Shown piece by piece: positions 10,717 to 22,500 of a stretch of DNA of 28,994 bases. This DNA comes from Pseudovirgaria hyperparasitica (taxonomy: Eukaryota), in the NCBI GenBank assembly GCA_010093815.1, contig ML996578.1; one strand, 5' to 3'. Below the pieces are notes generated by a model. That model saw only the letters and a list, made by a program, of their open reading frames with translations. It did no database searches and had not been told where the DNA came from. Positions within the stretch are counted from its first letter, which is position 1. Each line of letters begins with the position of its first letter. The position numbers were made by a program, and so were the translations under genes.

Positions 10717-10997
10717 AAATCTTAAGCAAACTCTAAACTAGAGGCCTAACGGACTAAACTAGTCAATTCGGGGTAAAACAGCGATTTACATACATCAAAC
10801 GATAGAGTATACTAAGTATAATAACCTCCGACACACGTGCGTACGTGCAGCGTATAATACACGACGATACTAACGTGTAGAGATACTATATATATACGCT
10901 CGAAGACTCTTTAATAATATAAGTATAGACTATATCTAATAAACGCTAATACGCCGACCCCCTTTTATTAGTTAAGGGCTACCCTTAACTAATAACC

Positions 10998-12449
10998 ATG
11001 GCGGCCTTAGGCATCGTAATACCCCGGTAGATGCCGGATATACCCCTACTAGTATAGTAGAAACGGCTATATAGCGACATTAATATAGATAGCTAGACAC
11101 CTATCTAAAATATAGGAACTAACTAAGAGTATAAAGTACTATAGATAACCTAGACCGAGGGGACCCCGAGAGGGGAGACCCTCCTAGATAAAATTAAATA
11201 CCAGGTAATACGTATAGAGAGGGACGCCGAGGAGGGAAAGAAGACCCTCCTTTATATATTCCGGGACCTTATCTAGAACCTAAGAGAAATTATAGAGGAA
11301 GAAAGGAAGTCGCTACGAGAGAAACCTAGTAGTAGGCTCGACTAAATAGAAGCTAGCCTATAGAGAATCTAGGAAGAGCTATCCTAAGGTAAGTACCCTA
11401 ATACGTGGGCTTAGATTATAGTAATACCCGGAGCCACCGTACTAAGGACTACTAGAACTATAGATAGAGTATATAGTATACGTATCGTAATCTAGGATAA
11501 GAACACGCTAGTATAGGTCTAATAGGTATCCCTAAAGGAAATTATAAATAAGATTAATAAATAGAAAGGAATGTAGTTAAGCGTCGTAGCTACTAAAGTT
11601 ACGCTAGGTAGGGTAGTACTTACTACTATAACGAATACTACGTAGTAAAACATCTCGCGAGATCCGAACGCGATAGATAGTATCTTCCCTAGCGCGTCTA
11701 TTAGGGTAGCTATATACCTAATTATAGTATATATAGTACCCATATAGGGATAGGCTATCGGAGCGGAGGATATTACGCGTATAGAATAATCCAACACGCG
11801 AAAATACCTAGGGATTAAGATTATAAAAGCGTGGTAGAAGAACCTATAGGCGATTAAGACGACGGCGAAAAAACACTCTACTATAATTATAGAGCTCCGA
11901 GACCCCGCCCTCGTATAATATATTATATAGGAGAGATTCCTAGTAGAAGGAGAGCTTCTTATAGCCGAGCCATAGGATAGAGTATAGGTAATAATATAGT
12001 GCTTTAACTATTAAGGGTATAGATATACTATACAAAGGTACTTATAGAAGACTAAGTGCGGATAGTACCGTAGGGACCACGCTACCTAGAAGTACTCTTA
12101 TAAACCGCGAGGAGACGGACTAAGAAATAGAGATATAGTATAGTATTTAAACTACGACGGGAAACACCCGTTATAGTTATTAACGTGTATAAAATATAAA
12201 TAGGTCATAGAATATATTCGTACGATAAAAGCGAGAGGCGCGAGATGGTTATAGAATATAATACCTACCACGGGCCCTTCCTTTATAATACCCCTAACCT
12301 CCCCTCTAGAAGATAGTTAGGTAGGATAGTAGACTATCCTAAAGACGATAGGACGACTAAAAGGTATAGTTAAAGCCGCTACCGCGCAAGGATAGTCGCG
12401 CCTCCGAGAAATAAGTATATAGATATATATACTCCCTAGTACCTAATAA
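10998..12449 (+). pseudogene. LINE ORF1 (gag-like, CCHC knuckles)
   Basis: accATGG start at 10998, in frame with de-RIPed QCFNCQGYGH...C at ~11997-12050; in-frame TAA TAA at 12444-12449. Confidence 0.75.
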
Positions 12450-15400
12450 GGGACTAGAATATACTCTAAATTATATAGATAAATATATAATATAAAAGAG
12501 AGAACTAGGCGACGCTCCTCGAAGAGACCGGGGCTATAATACTTACTATCTAGGAACCCTATAAACACTACTAGACGAGTAAACTAACTATACACCCCGG
12601 ATACTATACTATATACCCTCTAGGACTAGAAAGACGAGTCCTCTTCTACATTTATAGGTTAATACTACTCTTATTATGGTTATATACCGAGCGCGATAAC
12701 CTTAGGATAATACTACACCTATAAATAGATATAGGCCCCCTATATATATATAATATATATAACTAATAACGTATACTTATACTAGACGAGATGCTCGAGG
12801 GTACCACGGAACTAGGGTAATACATCCTCCTAGGAGACTTTAACCTCTACTACTAATAGTAGGGAGGTCTAGCCGTAGTAAGGGAAGAACTTAGAGTAAG
12901 GGAACTACGCACCCGCTACCACGACTTTCTATACCTACTTACACCTATAGAATAAGTTATATAGAAAAAATATAAATAGGATAAAGACGGGTCTACGCTT
13001 AACCTTACCTTTACTACGGAGTATATTAGTTACCGGATCTAATACTACCGCCTAAGCTAGGTATAGACAGATTCTAACCATGAATATATGGAAACCGTAA
13101 TAAACGTATATACCCCGAATAAATAATAGGGATAATAGATATAGAAGGACACTAACTAGGAAAAGTACCTGAAGAACCTAGAATCGGCGATCCTAGATCC
13201 CTCTATAGTCGATATATCTAACGACCTAGCCATAGACTAGGCCGTATAGATACTTCTATAAATATACTAGAATGCGAGAAATAAACACGTACTATACTAA
13301 ATATACCGGTCCCCGGAAGTAAAGGGGATTCCTCGAGTATAGGAAAGTAGATAAGACGCCCGAAGGCTATATACACGCGTATACCGTACGAGAATACCCG
13401 AGTTATAGAAAGAATAGAAGAAAGCGATACGATAACGCGATAAAGTCCTCTATAACGAAAGGCGTAAATAGTAGCGTATAATTACTAGTTAATAGACACG
13501 ATACGTAATAGGGCTATGGCGTATAGCGAAATAGGCTAAGGGCGTAGACACTCCGACACCCCCGCTACTTATACCTCCCCTAATATATTAGGGGAGAATA
13601 TACTCTATGAGCCTTAAGAAAACTAAGGCCCTACGGGAGGCTATATTCCCTCTCCTAGAACTAGTAGACCTATTAGACGTTCACGGCGCTAAATACCTAT
13701 ACGCGGTAGATATCCCCGAAGAAGTTACGGAGGAGGACATACTTAATATTATTAAGATACTCCCAAATAATAAAGCACCCGGACTAGATGGAATTCTAAA
13801 TCGATACCTAAAAAGCACTATAAAAGCGACTCTACCACTTATTACTTATATATTCTAAGCATGCGTCACGCAGGGGTACCACCCCTAGAGCTTCCGAGTC
13901 GTCTATACTATTATACTCCCGAAACTAGGAAAGAGCCCTAACTCCCTAAAGGGATAGAGACTAATCGCCCTTCTCTTCTACCTAGGTAAGATACTAGAGG
14001 CTATGGTAGCGAAGAAGATAAGTACCGTAGTATAGAAATATAATCTCCTCCCTCCGAACCAGAAGGTAAAGATAGATAGCTCCCTAATAATAGCTATCTA
14101 ATATATTATTGAAGTCGTCTAGGCCGTATAGAAATAGGGACGGGTAGTATCGCTCCTCTCCCTTAATATAGCCGGAGCGTTTAATAAGGTAAACCATATA
14201 AGACTTATTTATAACCTCCGGATAAGACGAATACTAGAATAGATTATACGCTTTATATAGTTATTCCTTATAGGAAGAATAACTTAGATATATATCTCTA
14301 GATACTAGAGCGAATATAAAGAGACGGTATACGGCATCCTATAAGGGAGCACTATCTCTCTAATCCTATTCCTCTTCTTTACGGTAGACCTTCTTTAAGG
14401 AATAAAGTATATAGAGGTAGTCGGATACGCCGATAATATATACCTCCTAGCTATTAATAATAATACTAACCGAACGTATAGACGACTAGAACAGGACCAT
14501 AAGAGGTACCTCTAGTAGATAAAACGCCACAGAGTAAAGTTCGCCCCAGAGAAATACTAGCTTATACACTTTATTAACCATTAAGGGAAATAGGTAACTA
14601 GAGAAGGCGAACAACGCCCCCGAATCAACGCATTTAACAAACTACTAGTATAAAGTATATACGCGCTCGGAGTTATACTAGATAGTAAGCTTAAATAGGG
14701 ACCATAAGTAGTATACGCCGTCTCTAGGGCCCTCTAGATAGAAGCCGCTATATAACGGATTATAGCCTCTACGTAGGGAACCGCCTAGGATAAGGTACGC
14801 TAGCTATATATATCTATAGCACGACCCGCCTTCACGTACGGACACGAGTGCTAGTACACGGCCCTTATATAGACTAGGCGAATGAAGCTTAAATCCATAT
14901 AGAACCGTATACTCCGTCTTATATTAGGCGTATATAAAGCTACTAACACGGTACTACTACGACGCGAGATAGACGTTATAAGTATATATAACTTCTACTA
15001 GATATAGAGGGTAGTATACTTTACTAAATAATAAGTATAGGAACGCATAGGAAACGTAGAATATACCTTCGCCGCACTACGTATACAAATTAGTATATAT
15101 TACCGCGTACTCCTATATATAGGCCGGAATTAAATACGGTATAGGTGCTTAATAGAAGCCGACTCTAGCTAAGTAGTATAAGAAGTCTAAGATAACCCGG
15201 ACGCTCTCCTAGACCGGTAGAGCCTTTAAGAACTCGTGAAAAATATATGGTTATAGACTTAAGATAAGTAGAAAGAGATACTCCGTGCCTACTAGACCTT
15301 CTAGTAGAATAGATACCTAGAGTAGATTTAAGAACTATAGAAGGAACCGAGTAAATAGATATATAAAGGGCTAACGAAAGCCTAAGTATCTATACTTATC

Positions 15401-15832
15401 TAAGCCCGAACGGGCGCCATAGAACTTCTATACTATATCTATAAGAGAGGCGTTCCCGACACCTCCCTATGGTATAAGGCGTGCGGCCGGAGAGGTATAA
15501 TACACTACTATCTAGCTATATGCCCTAACCTCTATATATAACGGTAATAGCTTATCTACGTTACGAAGACTTTAGATATTATATAATAGCTTAATAAGTA
15601 CTCTAAGGACGTCTCCTAATAGATGCTTATATATCTACTACTCCTCTAGTACTAGTAGACCCGGAAATATATACCGGAAGAGACCCGGTATACGCCGGTA
15701 GTAACCCGATATATACCGAAAGAACCCCGGGAGAACCCCGATTATTAGTTAAGGGCAGCCCTTAACTAATAACCTCCGCACCTATACGTGCTACCTAAGG
15801 ACGAAATAACGGTAATATAGGCTATAGGCTAA
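12446..15832 (+). pseudogene. LINE ORF2 (AP endonuclease + reverse transcriptase + C-terminal Cys/His motif)
   Basis: IQIN, LAIQEP, LLGDFN (GDFN at 12833-12844), KAPGLDGI (track ORF 13607-13858), QGS.ISPILF, YAD(D>N) at 14426-14437, FAPEK and LGVILDSKL.W are all in one frame. End position is approximate. Confidence 0.92.
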
Positions 15833-16023
15833 TAGGCGTACCCTATAGCTATATACTTAAGACGAAATAGAGGTTTAACGAGATGTAGTTATAGACATAA
15901 GGAAGTTTTTCTCTATAGGGTTTCTTCTTATATAGTAGCTTAGACTAGAGGAGGCATAGGCCTATAGAGTACTACTCTACCTAGTTATATAATATTATTA
16001 TTATTATTATAGTATTAAGAAAG

Positions 16024-16487
16024 GTTACTATAATAAGTAAGAGTTTATTAACTAGCTAGAGATATACCTATTCCCTAGCCTATAAGAGAAGTACCCTAAT
16101 TAGACTATAGTTATTATTATAGATAATCTCTCTCTTTATACTAATAATAATATTACTTCTATAGTTACTATAGCTAGTTATACTCTTTAATATATACCGC
16201 CTTACTTATCTAATTATAATTCTATTAAGTTAGTATAGGTAGTTCTAAAGGTATAGATTTAAAGGTAGTATCTATTTATATATAAGTAGTTATATAACTT
16301 TAAGGAGTTCTTATACCGCGCCTTTAAGAATAGCTACTATAATTAGTTTACTCTCCGCTTCTTTAAGTATACGGCTAATAGTTAGTATATTAATAAAACG
16401 CTATAAGAGTATATTATTATAGATTTAAAGTAGTTTAAGTATAGTAGAAGGTATGGTTTTATAGTAGAAGTAAGAGATATTAGTTAA
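16024..16487 (+). pseudogene. Tc1-like transposase, fragment 3 (D34E catalytic core and C-terminus)
   Basis: De-RIPed YYN.QEFINWLE..LFP..VIIMDNLSLH..AGH.LQYIPPYSPDYNPIELVWAVLKAWI. D at 16122 and E at 16227 (now AAG) are separated by 34 residues. The three fragments total 361 codons. Confidence 0.9.
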
Positions 16488-16972
16488 CTTTTTATAGTAC
16501 TCTTTACTAACTAATATTATATTATTCTTACTTATATTTATAGAGAGAAGGTATACTTATTTATATATATACATATTTAATATAAACTTTATAGTATCTC
16601 TACTTAAAAACCTTATATAGCTCTAGAAGCGAGTCCATAGAGTGCCTTCGCTACTTTCTTCTACTCTACTATCTTAAGATTACCCTTATACTTATAAAGA
16701 TAGTAATAAGTATCTAATACTATACTTAATAGGACGCTATATACCTTTACTATCTTATAATAAGTAGTTCTAGAACGAGTAATCTCTTTAATCTACCTAT
16801 ACTAATAATAGTTATTAACTACGTACTTACGGAGTAATCTAATCCCGTCCTTTATCCTTATATAAGTTTCCTTTATATATTACTATTTAAGTACTAACTA
16901 AACTATATTAGTCTAATAAAGTTCTAGTTAAGTAGGGCTACTATATAGTACTAGATTTATTATCTCTAGTAG

Positions 16973-17179
16973 TGTTAATAGATAAGGGTATTAACTCTTA
17001 ACCTTATAAGTTAGTTATAGTAACGTATAGGGCGGTAGAATACCTAGTAGATATAGAGGTATACGTAATATAAATATAGAATTAAATCTAGTCTATTAAA
17101 GTTAAGTCTATCTTATCTACTTATTAAAACGTTAATACTTAGCCCTTTTCTTATTCTTTACTCTTCTATCTTCTTAATA
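16973..17179 (+). repeat. Candidate 5' LTR of element C
   Basis: Starts TGTTAA, contains TATAAATA (~17069), and ends in TTAA(C>T)A at either 17137 or 17179. No second copy in the window to confirm. Confidence 0.4.
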
Positions 17180-18086
17180 GTACTAAAGCTTATTAATTAC
17201 TACTTAAACCTTCTAAGTCTAGAGTTACTTAGTGTAATGAATTACTAGCTAGAGCCATAGAAGAATATATAGACTCTAGTATAAGTAGTATAAGAAATAG
17301 CATAATATATAGAAGAGGTACCTATAATATAATAGATAACCTTAGATAATAATCTAAGGCTAAGATAGACACCTATAGAGAGAGCTAATTATAGGTACTT
17401 AGAATAGGTATTCTAAGTAGCCTACCTAGTAATTAGAAATAGAATATTAGTATTCTAAGTAATATACTAAATACTTAGAATAAGTATTCTAATTAGAGGA
17501 CCTTAGTAGAACTATATAGACCCTTTAGACCTAACCTCTAGAGATAGTTCTATAGTAATTAATTTAAACTTATACTAATATAATTACTACTTTACTTACC
17601 TACTAGCTAGTTACTATTTATACCCTATTAATACTTACTATAAATCTATTTATATCTCTTAGAGCCTTCTAAGTACCTTTATCTTTAGAAAAGCTAGAAT
17701 ACTCTATAGAACGGACTACTTTAGAAATAAGCCGCACCCTTATTAAGGAAGGTTTATTATAGTTTAATTACTTATCTTAGACTCTAAAGTAAGTATTTAC
17801 ACTATCTATTTCAATATAAAATAGTAAATAATAGATAATCCTTATCTTTATAAACTATCTTATAAGTACTAACTATAGAATAAGTTAGATATCTTATTAC
17901 TAAATTAGAGAAGTAAGTTATAGAGCTCTAAAGGGAAAATATTAAACTTAGAAAAGCTAAAGAGGGCTTTAAAAGAAAAATCCTAGAACCTTTTAAAGGT
18001 AAGCGAAGTAAACTCTAAGGATTCCTAATATAGATTAGAATATACCTCTAGATCTATTAAATTTAGAACCTAGAAGAATAGGTTAT

Positions 18087-18240
18087 TATTAGGCACGTAA
18101 GGAGTACGTGGCCTACTAGTTAATTCTACATGTATGTAGTAGTCGTATATAAGTAGTGTGCTCCACCCTTAAAGTAGTAGCTCTAAGATTCGGTCCTTTT
18201 ATAGTATAGTTGGTTGGTGCGTAGAGCCCGCCTCCTTATA
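18087..18240 (+). mobile_element. Solo LTR, family A, copy 2 (154 bp), inserted in element C gag
   Basis: 5-bp TSD GTTAT at 18082-18086 and 18241-18245; removal restores the gag frame. Confidence 0.92.
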
Positions 18241-19514
18241 GTTATATTCGCCGCTAGACTACTAAAGAGAGATATACTTATATGGTTCGAACCCTATCTA
18301 AGGGACTTTATAGAAAATAATCTATAGAATTAATAGAATAATACTACTAAGGTCTTTAAACGCTTCGAAGAATTTAAGAAATATATTAAGATAACTTTTA
18401 GAGATATAGATAAATAAAAGATAGCTAAGAGATAGATCTAGTAAATAGTCTAGATAAAATCTATATCTAACTACGCCTCTAAATTCTAATAAATCTCTAG
18501 TTAGCTAGGATAGGACGATAAACCTCTAATTCTCTAGTTCTATACTAGATTATATAATAATATTAAGGATAAAATCTCTAGAGAGAGAGACTATTCTACT
18601 AACCTCTAGGAGTATATTAAGCTTATAGTCTAGATTAATAACTAACTATATAAGAGATAATATAAGAAAAGAGGGAAGAAGATCTTTTAATCTATACTTA
18701 AATAAGATATAAGAAAGGGCTACGTTAATAAAGCTCTAAACTACTTATATAAGAGATTCTATAATAGACCCATATCTATAGAACTTAGCGCCTTATAAAT
18801 AAAATAACTATCTAATAAAGAAAAGAAGTAACTAAAGAAGGAAGGTAAGTATCTCTACTATAAGAAAAAGGGATACTATATACGCGAATATCTAAAAAAT
18901 AAGAATAAGAAAAGTTAGATTAAAGACCTAGTACTAAGATAAGGGAACTTTACTATAGAAAAGGAAGAAGTACCTTACATAACTATATTATAGACTAGTT
19001 ATACTAATAACCTCTATTTTATATATAAGTTAGAAAAAGATAGTATAGATTAGTATCTAAAGAAAAGAAATATCTTAATAGCTAGTAAATAACCCCTATT
19101 ACTTCACGAAAAAGTAGAACTATAGAAATACTTAGAAGTAATAAGAAGATCTAAACTAACTAAAGAAATAGTATCTAAAGAAGTAATAATTAAAGAAAGT
19201 ACTATAGAGGAGGATAGTAAGAAAGAAACCCTTACTATAGAAGAACTATATAATAAGTTAATAATAATATAAGACTCTATTACTTACTATATTATCTATT
19301 ACTATAGAAAGTATATAAATAAGAATAATAGAGACCTATCTAGAAGAGACGCGGAAATCTAATTAGAAGATAACTAACTTATTTTACCCTACCACGAGGA
19401 ATATAGTAAGACTTTCTAGATTACTTATATCTATAATAACTATCTTCGCTATCTCTATAAGAAGTAAACCTAGAAATAGTTTCTATAATAGTATTAAAAT
19501 TAAGTGATTCTAAA

Positions 19515-22500
19515 TATAAGGATTATAGACGTAGAATAGTAGTCTAATAGGTCATAGAAGGATTCGGGAATATATTTAAAAGGGTAGTCTACTCTCCTAA
19601 TAAGGTTAATTTCTAAAGAGTAGGAATTAAGTATATACGGCCTACTTATATAGTAGTCTCGCTTATTCTAGCTAGCTTAACCTAGGTCCATCTATTACGG
19701 ACTATACTAGACCATAGTAGTCTAGTTAAGTCTATTCTAGTATTAGCCCTAATAATATCCTTCTTCTTTCTATGCTTCGCCCTAAAGTACTTAGCTATAT
19801 ATAAATCTATAATTCTATAAGCGTTATATTTATACGCGTATCTAATTAAATCTATATAACATTATTAATAGTCTTTATATTAGTAAACTTAAGCTCTAGT
19901 TTACTTTTATTTATATATACACTTATCCCTTNNNNNNNNNNTTTTCTTCTCTAGTATATCTACCTTACTCTTAAGGTAAGTCATTAATTTATATACTATC
20001 TTCTTTAGTTTAGATCCGTTCGGGTCTAGAGTAGTCTATTTTTATTAGAGCTAGTCCTATATAATCTATTCGCGTTATTATAGTTACTAATTTAGCTTCT
20101 TTAATCGCCTTTAAGGCTAAACGAGTATTCTACTCTTAGATCTATAGCTAATATATATATATAGATATCTAATACTAGTTCTATTTCTAAGTCTACCTTC
20201 TTCTCTCGTAAGACTCGCTCTAAAGAAATTACCTCTACCCCGGCTATACTAGCTAAAAAATCTACTTATTATAGTAGTATAAAGGCGCGCTCTAAGTTAA
20301 AGAAGAAGGTAGCTAAGGCTACTACTACTATTACTACTAATATAGCTACTAATTACTCTAATCTAGGTAATCCTAGTACTAGTATTACGGAAGAGGTAGC
20401 TATAAAGCCTACCTACACCTACTTACGCTATCTATCTACTCTACCTTCTTTAGAGGATAAAGAAGATCTTATTATAGACGATAATCGAGAGTTTATACCT
20501 TCGCCGCCTTACTCTAAATACTATTCCTCTTTTCGGTCTAATATAGACTAGCTTAGTTACTCTAGGTCCTTTTAGAACCTTAATATTTACTCTAAACCTA
20601 GCCCTAGTAATAATAAGGCCTAGGTCGCCGAAGATACTAAACGTAGTCGCGGTTTACGCTATAGGAAAATAGTAAACTACGGTTTAATATACTTTAAGTA
20701 TATTAAGGCTTACGCTACCGGCTCTAAATATCTCTTCCGCTCTAACTCTAGTATTAGCTACTACTCTACTAACCGCGATAGGCCTATATATCTAATCTTT
20801 AAGCTCCCTACCCGCTACCGCTACTATACTATTCTTAGTAAAGTTTATCTTTAGGTAAGTCTATTAGGCTATTTTAGTCTAGGGTAATCTAAAGTTATCT
20901 ATGCTAATACGTTTTTAGATTTCTATTTATATATAAGATATATATAACGATCTTCGCGTCCGTAAGACTCTCGGCGGTTCTAGTAGTTATCTAGCTTCTA
21001 TACGTAGGGAGTTTAGAGAGCGCTATAAGCTCTTCCTAGAGGTTATTAAAGTATAAGTTTAGAAACTATTAATTATTATTAATCTTAGCTTATAATCTTT
21101 AGTTACTATAAGATTCCTAGCGCTTAGGCTACCTATTCTAGAGAGTTAGTTTTAGCTACTAAGGCCGTAGAAGAGATTCGTACTATTCCTTTCTACCCGC
21201 CTTATACTACTAACGGGTCTTATAAGAGATCTACTAGTTCTTCTTCTAAGTTACCTTATAAGAGGATATATATTCTATTCTAGATTATTCTAGACCGCGT
21301 TAGCTAACTTTAGGTCTAGTCGCTCCGCTCTAGCGCTTAGTTATCGTCTTACTAGACTCTAACTAAGCGCGTGGTTACTCTAGAGAATAAGGTCTCTAAC
21401 CTCCATCACTCTATTACTTAGTTAGTTCGTTCGCTATACTCTAAGAGTAATAATAAGATAGAGGAGTAGCTCTATAGCTCTATTTACTAGGGTTTCTATA
21501 TAGTATNNNNNNNNNNNNNNNNNNNNNNNNNNNNNNNNNNNNNNNNNNNNNNNNNNNNNNNNNNNNNNNNNNNNNNNNNNNNNNNNNNNNNNNNNNNNNN
21601 NNNNNNNNNNNNNNNNNNNNNNNNNNNNNNNNNNNNNNNNNNNNNNNNNNNNNNNNNNNNNNNNNNNNNNNGGTACTCTAACCTTTTATATTATATATTA
21701 CGAGTTTAATTCCGTAGTAGGGTACCTTTTTAGTTTCTTAGTCCTATATTCTTCTCGTGTATAATAGTCTATATTAGTCTATTCTAGACTTCTCTATATT
21801 ATTCTATTATAATATATCGCGTCACGTGCCTATAACGGTTATTTATATTTTCTTCGCGTTTAGTAACCGTGTATCGCTTAAATTATAGGGCTGCCTTATA
21901 GAGTTTTCCTAGTGTGCGTTTAGAATTCGTGATTTAATACTTCGTTCTCTACGGTATCCTTCTTCTTTTTATAGCGGCCCTAATAGCGCTAGGTTTACGA
22001 TAGTAACGTATTATTCTATAACGTCTATTTATATATAGCTATCGCGGTACTTAAGATATATACCGTAGGTTTCTAGGTATCCTTATCCTCGGTATAGTTC
22101 TTCTAATAGATTTAATACTTTTAGATACTATTCTCGTTAAGCCTATATTTAATAATATAGTTTACTTCGTATACGTCTAGTCTATCTTAGAGTATAATAG
22201 AGTATAATTACACGTTCGTGTATTTATATACGTTAGATCGAAACCTTTTAAGTAATAAGACGTAGAATACGTTATAGACTTTTATATCATTTCCTAGGTC
22301 GAGCTCGTAGGCTCTTATACTAATATAACGTTTAATTCGGAAGGGACCAGCCATTTTATAATCGAGCTTTTTATTCACTCGTGATATTTATATATTATAG
22401 ATGTTAAGGAGGACTTCGTCTCCCTCCTCGTACGCTTAATCTTTAACTAATCTATTATAGTACTTTATATACGACTTATTTACTTACTAGATTATTACGC

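Larger units (their letters stand above)
10717..16007 (+). mobile_element. Full-length non-LTR retrotransposon (LINE, Tad-like), RIP-inactivated
   Basis: 16-bp TSD TATAGTATTAAGAAAG at 10701-10716 and 16008-16023; (TAT)n tail at ~15993-16007; ORF1 with zinc knuckle; ORF2 with APE endonuclease and RT. Confidence 0.95.

Noticed and set aside
16525..16555. Possible right TIR of the Tc1 element matching ~1727-1755
   Set aside because: Only about 16/25 identity with four transversions that RIP cannot explain; too weak in AT-rich DNA.
16490..16972. Possible captured gene between the transposase and element C
   Set aside because: Heavily RIP'd and no motif recognised; left unassigned.
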